DNA of 64,000 bases from Squalus acanthias (taxonomy: Eukaryota): contig CM059432.1 of NCBI GenBank assembly GCA_030390025.1, positions 91,638,001 through 91,702,000 on the forward strand. Direction: 5' to 3'. Positions within the stretch are counted from its first letter, which is position 1, and every line of letters begins with the position of its first letter. The notes beneath the pieces were generated by a model, which did not search any database, had not been told where the DNA came from, and saw only the letters and a list, made by a program, of their open reading frames with translations. The position numbers and the translations under genes are program-made. This document shows, piece after piece, positions 47,766-59,884 of the stretch.

Positions 47766-48514
47766 AATAATTAGCAAAACATTCCTCTGCTTCTCAAGCG
47801 CAAAAACGGTTTCATATTTATATATATTTCTGTAAAAGATAATTCACACTGTACATTTTGCTTATTTTTGTCTTCCTGGGACAGCCATTTAAAAAAAGTC
47901 ATCTCACACTGTGATACTGAAAGAACTATTATTATGCCACATGAGCTGCTCAGTAGATTGCTTTGCTTTCACTGATCGGTGAGACTGTAAGAAGACAGAG
48001 TAAGGAGAAGGCACAAATTTAAGATAAGGACGAAGGCACAAATTTAAGATAATCACAAAAATGAATTCAACAGAGTGTTAGAAACAATTTCTTTACATCG
48101 AGGTGATTCGAATATGGTATTCCCTGCTACAAAATGTAGCTAAAACAGAGTCCATGAGTTATTTGAAAAGGGAATTAAGTGGTTGCTTGAAAAAGAGGAA
48201 TATTAAAGTAGGAGAATGGGATTAGACTACACTCTCATTTTGGAGGTGGGAGCAACTTCTTTTGTAAAAGGCTTTCAATGGTTAAAAGCGAGCCATTGAT
48301 TTGAGAAACTGACCGGGCTGCATCATATAACCAGAACAAACATAGAAATGCTCCACTGACCCCTGCAGGCCAACAACACCAAAACAAATAAACTCATCCA
48401 TGGCACTCAGAACTAAGATGTGGAAAATGCATAAACCCCTGTTCTTGCAATACTTTTGAAAATGGTTAAGAAAGGCTACACAATGTCAAATAAACAGGAT
48501 GTGAAAAGACTTAC

Positions 48515-48582
48515 GTGACAACTGGATGATTTGTATAATCAGAATCACATGCTCCTGTGAGAACACTGGAGAGGGGGCATGC
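48515..48582 (-). CDS. ADA: Adenosine deaminase internal exon (human exon 9 equivalent), ACPLSSVLTGACDSDYTNHPVV(T)
   Basis: 68-bp exon with aaaAG acceptor and GTaagt donor, after a 100-bp intron; contains the CPxSS..TGA motif of ADA; ends in phase 2, matching the next exon. Confidence 0.92.
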
Positions 48583-48682
48583 CTTTTTATAAAAAATAAA
48601 AATATAAATAGCAAAAACATTCTTTCAAATACAACTACAAGTTCTATTGTCATTTGTATTTACTAGAAACATTTTTTTTTAC

Positions 48683-48784
48683 CTCAATATGGATTTGCTT
48701 CTGTAGTAGTTCCTTATAGAGTGCAGGATCCTTAATGGCTGAGTACCCATGGCCGATTCTTTCAGCCTTCAAAATTTCCACAGC
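48683..48784 (-). CDS. ADA: Adenosine deaminase internal exon (equivalent to human exon 8), AVEILKAERIGHGYSAIKDPALYKELLQKQIHIE
   Basis: 102-bp phase-0/0 exon with ttgatAG acceptor and GTaaaa donor; translation carries the ERIGHG motif and aligns by eye to vertebrate ADA (human [34 protein letters not shown]). Confidence 0.93.
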
Positions 48785-49379
48785 CTATCAAAGTAATAAT
48801 TTCAAATGTGTTACTCTTCAGAGTGCTCACTCTGGAATCATAAACAGGTGAATATTCAAAATTTCCAAGTCCACTTGGAACTTAAATTGTTTGCAGGCAG
48901 CACACATTGATTTTTTTTACAATTGGAGAAGGTTTTCAAACATGTGACGCTTGGTATTTTGGAAATTCTCCCTCTGACCAACACTGCCAAAAACAAGCTG
49001 GTCATTCATCTAGTTGCTGTGCGTGAGACATTGCTTTGCACAGCATGGTTGCCATGTTTGCCAAAGTAACAACAGCAACTGCACTTCAAAGCAATTAATC
49101 GTATGTGAAGCACTTTGGGACATCACTAGGAGATGTGGTAAGGCAATACATAAACGCAAGTTCTTTCTTATGACAGCTGCTTGGTGGTAAATTAACTATT
49201 TTTAAGCCTTTATTTATCATGTTTTAATCAAAGCTTTTTTTTGTTCCCCATAGTCCAGTGGCTTATTCTGACTCACTAGCAACAAATTGTTGAATATAAT
49301 TTTTCTTGTTGATGTGTAAACGTATAAACTACTGTGTGAGATTACAATATCAACACTTTGTACCACAGCAATGGTGACC

Positions 49380-51942
49380 AAGAAATTGCCGGATTGTCGT
49401 AAAAACCCATCTGGTTCACTAATGTCCTTTAGGGAAGGAAATCTGCCGTCCTTACCTGGTCTGGCCTATATGTGACTCCAGATCCACAGCAATCTGGTTG
49501 ACACTTAACTGCCCTCTGAAATGGCCCAGCAAGCCACTCAGTTATAACAAACAGCTACGAAAAACAAGAAGAATAAAACTGGACGGACATTGGACCTGGC
49601 ATTGACCTCGGCACCAGCTTTAGACACGACAAAGGCAAACGCAGCCCAGTCGACCCTGCAAAGTCCTCCTCACCAACATCTGGGGACTTGTGCCAAAATT
49701 GGGAGAGCTGTCACACAGACTAGACAAGAAACAGCCTGACAGTCATACTCACAGAATCATACCTTTCAGTCAATGTCCCAAACTCCTCCATCACTATCCC
49801 TGGGTATGTCCTGTCCCATCAGCAGGACAGATCCACCAGCGGAGGCAGCACATTGGTATACAGTCGGGAAGGAGTGGCCCTGGGAGTCCTCAAAATTGAC
49901 TCCAGACCACATGCAGTCTTATGGCTTCAGGTCAAGCATGGGCAAGGAAACCTCCTGCTGATTACCACCTACCGCCCTCCCTCAGCTGATGAATCAGCAC
50001 TCTGCCATGTTGAACACCACTTAGAAGAAGCACTGAGGGTAGCAAGGGCACAGAATGTAATCTGAGTGGAGGGACTTCAATGTCCATCACCAATAGAGGC
50101 TCGGTAGCACCACTACTGACCAAGCTGGCCGAGTCCTGAAGGACACAGCTGCCAAACTGGGCCTGTGGCAAGTGGTGACAGAACCAACATGAAGGAGAAA
50201 CCTACATGATCTTGTCTTCACCAATCTACCTGTCGTAGATGCATCTGTCCACGACAGTATTGGTAGCAGTGACCACCGTACAGTCCTTGGAGATGAAGTC
50301 CCGTCTTCACACTGAGGACACCCTCTATCGTGTTGTGTGGCACTACAACTGTGCAAAATGGGAAAGATTCAAAAAAGAACTAGCAGCTCAAAACTGGGCA
50401 TCCATGAAGTGCTGTGGGCCATCAGCAGCAGCAGAATTGTATTGCAGCACAATCTGTAACCTCATGGCCTGGCATATCCCTCACTCTACCATTACCATCA
50501 AGCCAGGGGACCAACCCTGGTTCAATAAGGAGTGTAGAAGAGCATGCCAGGAGCAGCACCAGGCGTACCTAAAAATGAGGTGCCAACCTGGTGAACCTGC
50601 AACACAGGACTACATGCATGCTAAAAAGCGGTAGCAGCATGCTATAGACAGGGCTAAGCGATCCCACAACCAATGGATCAGATCAAAGCTCTATAGTCCT
50701 GCCACATCCAGTCGTGAATGGTGGTGGATAATTAAACAACTAATGGGAGGAGGAGGCTCCATAAATATCCCCATCCTCAATGATGGTGGAGCCCAGCATG
50801 TGAGTGCAAAAGACAAGGCTGAAGGGTTTGCAACCATCTTCGGCCAGAAGTGCCGAGTGGATGATCCATCTCGGCTTCCTCCTGAGATCCCCACCATCAC
50901 AGAAACCAGTCTTCAGCCAATTCGATTCACTCCACATTCTCCCCGTGTCTGCGTGGGTTTCCTCCGGGTGCTCCGGTTTCCTCCCACAGTCCAAAAATGT
51001 GCGGGTTAGGTTGATTTGGCTATGATAAATTGACCCTTAGTGTTAGGGGGGGATTAAATATGTGGGGTTACGGGGAAAGGATGGGATATGTTAGGGGGAA
51101 TTAAATACGTGGGGATACGGGGATAGGGTTGGATATGTGTCGGTGCAGGCTCGATGGGGATTCTGTGTGAGAAAGCAGGGACAGGGTACTGGATTTGGAT
51201 GATCAGCCATGATCGTATTGAATGGTGGAGCAAGCTCGACGGGCCGAATGGCCTACTCCTGCTCCTAGTTTCTATGTTTCTATGTTTCTATGATATCAAG
51301 AAACGGCTGAGCACACTGGATACAGCAAAGGCTATGGGCCCCGACAACATCCCGGCTGTCGTGCTGAAGACTTGTGCACCAGAACTAGCTGTGCCTCCGG
51401 ACAAACTGTTCCGGTACATCTACCTGACAATGTGGAAAACTGCCCAGGTATGTCCTGTCCACGAAAAGCAGGACAAATCCAATCCAGCCAATTACCACCC
51501 CATCAGTCTACTCTCAATCAGCAGCAAAGTGATGGAAGGTGTCGTCGACAGTGCTATCAAGTGGCACTTACTCACCAATAACCTGTTTACCGATGCTCAG
51601 TTTGGGTTCTGCCAAGACCACTCGGCTCCAGACCTTATTACAGCCTTGGTCCAAACATGGACAAATGAGCTGAATTCCAGAGGTGAGGTGAGAGTAACTG
51701 CCCTTGACATCAAGGCAGCATTTGACTGAGTGTGGCATCAAGGAGCTGTTGTAAAACTGAAGTCCTTCATCTGGGTCAAAATCCTGGAACTCCCTCCCTA
51801 ACAACACTATGGGAATACCTTCACCTTACGGACTGCAGCGGTTCAAGAAGGCGGCTCACCATCACCTTCTCAAGGGCAATTAGGGATGGGCAATAAATGC
51901 TGGCCTTGCCAGCAACGCCAACATCCCATGAATGAATAAAAA
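49380..51942 (+). mobile_element. Family-A LINE from its 5' end, with the RT core deleted (~51766) and a SINE inserted
   Basis: NIWGLVPKLGELSH, TTYRPPS, NYHPISLLS and ALDIKAAFD, then a jump to the 3' end; AATGAATAAAAAA tail. Confidence 0.82.
50933..51291 (+). mobile_element. HE1/V-SINE, 5'-truncated, with a CR1-derived tail
   Basis: V-domain TCTCCCCGTGTCTGCGTGGGTTTCCTCCGGGTGCTCCGGTTTCCTCCCACAGTCC; tail GGGCCGAATGGCCTACTCCTG...(TTTCTATG)3. Confidence 0.82.
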
Positions 51943-52097
51943 AACATAAATGTTTCTATTGTGACTTGTTTATTTTAAGCATTTGTAAACTAATATCACA
52001 GTCATTTCTTATTTGTAGTGACTTCAGTCACTTGGTGATTATTTTCAGCTTTCCCAACACTACTGAAAATAAGGTGAACTGTGTAATTTACATTATA

Positions 52098-55000
52098 GGG
52101 GGAGAAATTCATTATAGCCCAGGAATGGGCGTTAACTTTTGAAAAGGTTGAGAATTAGCACCAGACGCTAATGCTTCAGACTGCATGCAAAATTTAGTCT
52201 CATTGTACAAAGAAAGGATTGGAGCGCTAAATTAAGCGCTAATGGCCTAGCTCAGAGGTGTTAAACTCGAAGCGCTGACCAATATCAGGTGCAGTCTAAA
52301 CATAAGTCATCATTGCCACAGGCTCTTCCCAGTTCTTAAAAGGGGAGGATCATTGATGCTGCAGAACCTCATTCTCATCATTGCTGGCTGTGCAGCCATC
52401 TCAACCAGCCGCAGCAGGTCAAGGAGAAGGAGTCGGATGACTCAAGCAGCCGTAATGATGGCAAATCCACGCCCCTGGGAGAGAGCGTGCAGATTCTGCG
52501 ACCATGCATTGGAGGCATTGGTGATCGTTGTAGAAATCACAATATTATCGCGATTTTATAAATAAGGAGGAGACACATAGTTTCGTACAAACAGCTTTAT
52601 TTCAGCAGAATACTGTCAGGTTTTCAAAGTGGACACAAGCAGCCTGTAAAATAGCCGCCACGCCTCGTGGCAGAATGTTCTAGACTTTTCAATAAGCAGA
52701 CAAGATGGCGTTCCAATAAACATTTGTGCGAGATCGTACAAGACTCAGCACATTTGAGATAATTCACAAGACATAATGGGTTTGCATTTTACACATAAAT
52801 ACTGGAATCGGTCTCCCAGGTGCGAATAAGGGCTATTGTACCGAGCGATCAAGAACCCATCCAAAGACATTAATATGCAAAATCCCCACGACTCTACGAT
52901 GAGAGAGCCGTTTGCGGGTAGTTACAGAAACATTTGGAAGCCCCAAAACCCCTCCAGGGAGAATACTGACCGGTTACACAATGGGAGAAGTATTAACGGG
53001 TACTCAAGCAGTTACAAGTATCACCGAAACCCATTAAACGGAGATCACCCTATACAAGAAGTTTGAGCGCCAAAACCCTGACAAAAGAAAAGACATTAAG
53101 ATTGGGCGGGAAAAGAGGAATTGCAGCACTATAACTGTAAGGTACAACCGTCCATCTGTCTCTTGCCGCTTGCTCTTGCTCTTGCCGCTTGATCTTGACT
53201 CTTAGATCCTGACTCTTGCTGCTCGACTTGCTGGAAGACTATTGAACTTTCTGATCCGCCAGGATCAACCTCGTGGCTTGCCGCGAAGATCTGTGTAGAA
53301 CTGGGCTGTGAAGCCTTGAAAGGGCACACCATCCCGAGAAGTCGGTAAACGGTGTTGGAACCGAAGGCCCGAGATGAGATGAGATGAGATGAGAAGAGAA
53401 GAGAAGACGACCATACGTATCGCCATGGTCAGTAAGCCCCGACCGCGCCTGTAGGTCGAATAAACACTTTCCTTGCCCAGGAAGGCTATTCTTTGAGTTT
53501 TACAAACTGGCGTGAGGGCACAGGAAGACCATTCTTCGAGTTTTATCGCATCGGTGCGAGGGCACAGGAAGACTATTTTTCGAGTCGTGTCGGAACTCCG
53601 AGGACAACACAGATCTTCATGACAGCAGACGGTCCAGCCTGCTAGCCGGAGCAGAAACGAGTAAACAAGTGGGGTACAGAGACCCCTGATCAACACATGG
53701 GCGGGCAGGTGCTGCGGTAAAAACATCCGAGCAGAGTTTCGGAATTCTCCGAGGTTATCACGAGTGGTGAGCATGAGTCTCGATCCTACAAAATCTAGTT
53801 TAGGTCAGGTATTGATAGGGGAGGGTTTAAGTTTTAAGGATAATTGTAATGTGTGCCCCCTTTTACGATGTGTCGTGCGCTCCTCGTTTCCCTAAAATTA
53901 GTTACATAACTGCGTGTAAGATTGTACTGTCATTAATCTGTGCTTATGACATGTATTTCGTAATCTTGAATAATATGCAATAAAGATTTTCCATTTCGCT
54001 CTATTCAACCGGGTCTACCTGAGTTTTCTCTGCATTATTGCTCTCGCACCCAAGTCCAGTGTCAGAACCGTAAGGGCGAGTGGGTCGAACCACTCACAGG
54101 TGTCTAGTGTTACCAGGCTGGCTGGAGACCAGAACAGGCAACAAGGCCTAACCTCGCACTAGCACCCAGGCTAAGCACAGAGCCACAGGCGTGTCACCCC
54201 TTACATCGTGGTGGAAAGATGGTGGGCGGTGCTCAACCTGGCAAGTAGCAGGAGGCCCTCGCCGCAAGCCTTCCGCACCATGTGAAGGGAGGTAGCCCAG
54301 CATGTCTCTGGCAGCACCGTGGTCCCCAGGACCCCCACACAGTGCAGAAAGAAATTTAACAACCTCACATGGGTGGTCAGGGTGAGTCAATGCTTCAACA
54401 AATGCTGCATACCACCATTTGAAACAGAGTCTGAACACACTGCAGAAAGCACCACACTCCCAGCACTCACCCACCAACAATCTCTGCCTACCAACACTCA
54501 CATCTTAAACCTTGCACACAATGACAGCTATTCAACTATGGCAGGCACATCACCCAAACACATTCCTCCACACTCACTAATACACTTTCCTTTCTCTTGC
54601 AGGCCAAGGTGGCTCACAACAGGAGGGAGCAGGAGCTCACAGGCGGGGTACAAGCCGACATCCAACCACTGTCTGAGCTAGAGAATCGAGTGCTGCAGAT
54701 TATTTGGGCGCCATGGCCACCGGCGACATTGACCCCCTTGGGGACAACAACCGTATGTTCATCCCTACTCCTTCCTCTCACATCCCACTTCCCCCCTCAT
54801 CCCACAAGCCTTTCGCACTTTCCAGCTAATCATGCTGTATGCATGCATTTCTCCTTTCCTGCCCCCCCCTCCACTCACCTTAACCCAAATCTTATGCCTT
54901 TATGCTTTCAGATAATGAGCAAGCACCTGAGCAGCCTGTCCCTGAGGGCACCGTTGAGAGCGAGGCAGGAGAAGAGAAGGAGGAAGAAGACACCGCGTCA

Positions 55001-57614
55001 CTGCATGTCTCACCTCAGCTCAGATACTGTCACTACGCGTTCTTTAGAGGCTAGTATAGTAGCGGGATCTGCACAGGGTGAGGCACCGGGGATGAGCGGG
55101 CTGCAGCAAGGCCAGCGGGAAAGGGTAGCTCGGGGGCCAGCTCCCCGGAGGGCGAGTACACGCGCAAGTTCTGCTGCACAGGACTCAGATGAGGACCTCG
55201 ATGGGGAGGCCTTTAGAAGAAGGGTGATGGGCATGCACACGGAGATGATAGGTGCAATGGCAAGGGTGCCCGAGAGCCTCTTGGCAATGGTAAGGAGCGT
55301 GGAGGAGTCCGCCTCCAACATTGTACAGAGCTCTGCGCACACCACGGAACCCATTATTTCCAGTCTGCAAAGGATGGTAGACTCCCAGAGAGACCGTGGC
55401 AACCCAGACCTGATGCCGTGTGTGATGGGCAATCTGGCAGCTTCCATTGCAGCACAGGCGGAAGTGACGCAATGCCTTAGTGCTGTAATGCAGTCTATGC
55501 TTGGTGGCATTCAATCTCAGACTGCTCTCATGCAGTCTCAGCTTGATGCCACACAAGCTCTGACTGCTGCCATCGTGGCTGGGTCTACCACCGTCGACCG
55601 GGGCTTTCACGGTGTCACAGCAGACCAGCAATCTCAGTTGCAACAGATTGCTAAGGATGCTGAGGTGCTGCCCCGGGGGAGTGGCAGTGGGTCAGTGGAG
55701 CAGGAAGCTGCTGTCCTCTCAGGATGACAGCATTTCTGCTCCCACCACTGGCAGTCCGCCAATGTCCTTGTCGCTGCCAGTCATCCAGCCAGCCCAGACT
55801 GCTGCTGCCTATGCTGAGGTGGTGCCGTCTACAGCCGGCCCTTACAGGCCCAGAACTGGTCGAGGGCATCCTGCAAGGCCATCTGAAGTCTCCTGCATGG
55901 ACACTCAGCAGCCTTCCACCAGCCCTGCTGCAGCCATTGGGCCAACACGTCATAGGAGCACTAGAGTAGGCAAAGGCACAGTAACGAGAGGCACTAAGGG
56001 ATTGCACAAGGGTGAATAGGTAATATTGTTGTAAATGTGTTCACTGATTAGTGATAAATTTATTAATTCCATTTGGATTATTTTGTGGTGTGTCTCATTT
56101 CAGCTTTGCGCTGTGATATGGCTTGCGACAGGGATGGAATGATGGGAATGTGGTGAGCAATGGGGATCTGGGGTTTAATTTATTGGAACCGCAGACTGAG
56201 GAGGCGATCACGGACTGCCGTTTCGGAAGGCCAATTGAGAGGCTGCCGCCTCCTCGTCTTCCTCCGGAGGTGGTCGCGCAATCCCTGGTGGCAAGGGCTG
56301 GGCCCTCATGATGGCCAAGTTGTGGAGCATGCAGCTGACCATCACGAGATGGGACACCCGCTCAGCTGAGTACTGGAGGGCTCCTAGAGTGGTCAATGCA
56401 GCAGAACCATTGCTTGAGCACCCCGATGGTCTGCTCGATGATGTTCCTGGTGGTGGCTTGGCTCTCATTATATGAGTGCTGGGCAGGAGTGTTGAGGTTG
56501 CAGAGGGGAGTCATGAGCCAGGTGGAGAGCGGATAACCCTTGTCTCCAACCAGCCGACTGCAAGCTTGACATGGTGGCTGGAAGAATGCTAGCACACCAG
56601 TCTGGCGCAGGATGGCTGCTGCCAGGATAGCGGGCATTGACATTGGAGGATTCGCTGTCTGTGGTCACACACCAATTGCACATTAAGTGGTAGCCTTTGC
56701 AGTTACGGAAGATCTCAGGATTGTTATGCATTGCCCGCAAAGCCACATGGGTGCAGTCAATGGTGCCCTGCACCATGGGGAAGCCCGCTATCCTGGCAAA
56801 GCCACATGCACACTCATCCTGCTCCTCTCTGGTGATGGGGAAGGAAATGTAGTCCCTTCTCCTACCGTAGAGAGCCTCTGTGACCTCCCAGATGCAGTAA
56901 TGGACGGCGAACTGCGAGATGTTAGCTAGATTTCCTGTTGCAGACTTGAAGGATCCACTGGCAAAGAAATTGAGGGCGGCGGTGACTTTGACTGCCACTG
57001 AGAAAGCCGTGGTTGCCCTGATCTGGGGCTCGAGGTCTGGTTGGAGGATATGGCAGAGTTCTAAGACCACCTCCTTGCTGAAGCAGAGCCTTCTAATACA
57101 CTGCTCCTCACTTAATTGAAGGTAGAAGTGCTTTCGGAATACCCGTGGAGGGTAAGGCTTCCTGTTGAGAGCCCTCATGGCTCTTCTCCTCCCTCTGCCT
57201 CTGCTCCCTCCGCAGTAGATCCTGGAGGGCAAGGTTGACTGCCAGCACAGCCCCCATTAATATAAGGAAGTGCAGCACTTTGATATGTTGAGAATAAGTG
57301 TAACTAATTGTTAGTAGCCACAACACTCCTGATACTAAACAACCTTTAAATGACTGAATTAAACTGTTGCACAATGTCAAACTGACAATGAAGCAGTGAA
57401 ACAGCACTAACAGGACACCTGCGACTCATTACTCATGATCCCTTTAAGTAGCGCCCCTGGAGCTGGCATCCACCTGCTTGATGCCTCCTCTCCCTGTCGC
57501 TGTCGTTGCAAGGCGCTAAGGCTGGGGGGCGACAATGAATTTTGCTGATTGGGCGCCCAGTGAGCGCCCTTAGTGCCCCCCGCCAGGCGCTAACCAACTG
57601 AATTTTTCCCCCCC
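52098..57614. mobile_element. Harbinger transposon: spliced Myb/SANT-like gene on plus (~52456-56019, split by the solo LTR), transposase pseudogene on minus (~57260-56180)
   Basis: TIRs GGGGGAGAAATTCA / TGAATTTTTCCCCCC; RTPTQCRKKFNNL; QGTIDCTHVALR, GDKGYPL and RNIIEQTIGVLKQ motifs. Confidence 0.85.
52529..54205 (+). mobile_element. Solo LTR of a sister subfamily of the 25098 element, inserted in a Harbinger Myb-like gene
   Basis: TGTAGAAAT...CCTTACA; 4-bp TSD TCGT; colinear similarity with 25098-26794 over its whole length; no PBS follows. Confidence 0.9.
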
Positions 57615-58118
57615 ATGATCTTTTTCTTGACAAAGAGAATCTCCATATCAATTAGTACAATCCAAATAGGAGCTGTAATTATGTAACTCTTGGCTATTAA
57701 ATGTAATCTGATGTGTCAACGTGTTCAGATCAAGAAACACTGCTTAACTGTTAGTTACATTTTTGTTCAAGTTTTGCTTAATTTTATCTAAAAATTATAC
57801 TGAATATTACTACTTTGGCTAATTTATTCTTCTATAGTTTGGAGTTATGAATGATAAGTGAATTCCATTGTGCAAGCACTAGCCACCAATTTAAGATAGT
57901 CATTAAATAGGAACAAAACTAAGGAGCACCTATACGGAAGTAACCTACTAAATGGCAGCTAGCACCGTTTCCGAAGGGGAAAACCCGGTCTGCCCAACTT
58001 ACTTTTTTGAGGAGGCAACATCCCAACTGGATGTCGGAAAGTCCTATTATAAAGTAAATGTATGCTTTCAGAAAGCCTCAAAAAAAATTCCACATGAAAG
58101 GCTGCTATGAAAGCTTAA

Positions 58119-58443
58119 TGATGCGGAGGTGCCGACGTTGGACTGGGGTGGACAAAAATGAGAAGTCGCACAACACCAGGTTATAGTCCAACAGATTTAT
58201 TTAAAATTACAAGCTTTCGGAGCTATTGATCGTCCCTTCTTCAGGTAAAGTTACTAAGAGTGAATCTACAAAAATTCACAGAATATAAACAGAGAAAATG
58301 CAGAGATACAGTGTTTATATTCTGTGAATTTTTGTAGATTCACTCTTAGTAACTTTACCTGAAGAAGGGGCGATCAATAGCTCCGAAAGCTTGTAATTTT
58401 AAATAAATCTGTTGGACTATAACCTGGTGTTGTGCGACTTCTC
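58119..58443. mobile_element. Palindromic Penelope-derived non-autonomous element with hammerhead motifs in both arms
   Basis: 134-bp arms (58158-58291 / 58312-58445) with a 20-nt loop; 12-bp TSD ATGAAAGCTTAA (58107-58118 / 58444-58455) in a decayed CR1. Confidence 0.8.
58355..58396 (+). ncRNA. Minimal hammerhead ribozyme motif
   Basis: TTAC-CTGAAGA-AGGGGCGATCAATAGCTCC-GAAAGCTT-GTAA: core boxes, stem I TTAC/GTAA, palindromic AAGCTT; mirror copy on minus at ~58207-58248. Confidence 0.72.
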
Positions 58444-59884
58444 ATGAAAGCTTAAGGCAGTGGACATCCCAGATAAAACTCACAGGTGTGTAAGGAATTA
58501 TTTAAAAGAAAGCAAGCAGTGGATACCAATTAGGGGCAGATTGATGTTGGGGAGGAGAGATGGACTGCCCCAGGGATGGATGCTGGGGCCCCTACTAATT
58601 CTGATTTACATAAATAATTTGCATACAGTAATGCAAAATAAATTGGTCAAATTCCACAGCAGATACTAGACTAAGGGGGTAAGTGGGTAGTAGTGTCTGA
58701 CAAAAAGACCTACACAATAATTTACATGGGTAGAACTATTGCAGATGAAGTAAAATACAGATAAATGCATGGTCTTTCTCATAAGAAAAAAATGGGGTGC
58801 ATTTGTAATAAATAAAGTCAAACTAGCTGAGGAAGAGAGGATGAAAGAAAGATGAGAGAGTAGACTCAACACTGACCATGTTCAGTCATTTCAGAGCAGC
58901 AATTAACAAAGCAAATAGAATGCTGAGCACCCAATAGCGGAGTTAGCCCTTATAAATCTGAAACAAGTGTGCTGAAGCTCTCTAGTGCTCTGGTCAGCCT
59001 GCATCTGGATTCAGCTCTCGTCTGAGGCACTATGGAAACATCCAAGCCCTGGAAGTGATAGAAAGAAGGGCCACAAGGGTCAGAGGACTAAGGAAAGTTT
59101 ATAATAACTTGGACTCTTCAATCTTGAAATGAGGTGACTGAGAGGGGGTCTTATACAGGTATCTTATATACTATGTGGAATAGAAGAGGTTAATCCGAAG
59201 CATTATTTCAACTTAAAGCCCAATTGCAAGACAAGTGATAATATGTACAAACAGGTAAAAAGGTGGACAGCTTATAAAGAGGAGAATGGGGCAGATAGAA
59301 AAAAAAATGGTTTGAGAGTGGATGGAGGACAGGAGATGATTAAATGACAGAAGAAGTGATAATGGTGTTACAAAAGGAAGCAATAGTGAGAGAAATTAGA
59401 GAAATAAAAGTTGTATCTACGACTCAGAGGAGGTGTAAATGGTTACAACAGAATAGCGGAGGGAGAGGGAAGCATGGAAAATTTGGCAAAGTGGAGAAGG
59501 CTCCAATGGCCCAGGAGTATGGTGGAAGAATAAGGCTGGTAACACCAGGGTTGCAGACCCCCAAAGATAGAGGATGGTCATGTTTTCTCATGGATACAGC
59601 TATGTTTTTAACCTTCCTACTCATGAAACAGCCACCAGTGTAAATGGGCTGGGATGAGTGTGCTTCATGAATAGGGGATTGCACCTCCAAAGAGTTAGAT
59701 CGAGATTCTGGCTGGGATTTTCTACTTTGGCAGAATTCCGATGCAACTTTGGTAGGGTGACCTGCCGCTGACCGAGTTTTCCAAGGTTTAGATTCATAGA
59801 CAATTTTTGCATGCTCCCCCTGGGACTTGCACCTTGGTTGAGGAGCCCATCTCAGAGTAGGAAGGGAATTGTATCTGACTTTTG

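Noticed and set aside
54597..55727. 376-aa ORF as an independent host gene
   Set aside because: It lies within Harbinger TIRs and is the spliced Myb-like gene read through an intron.
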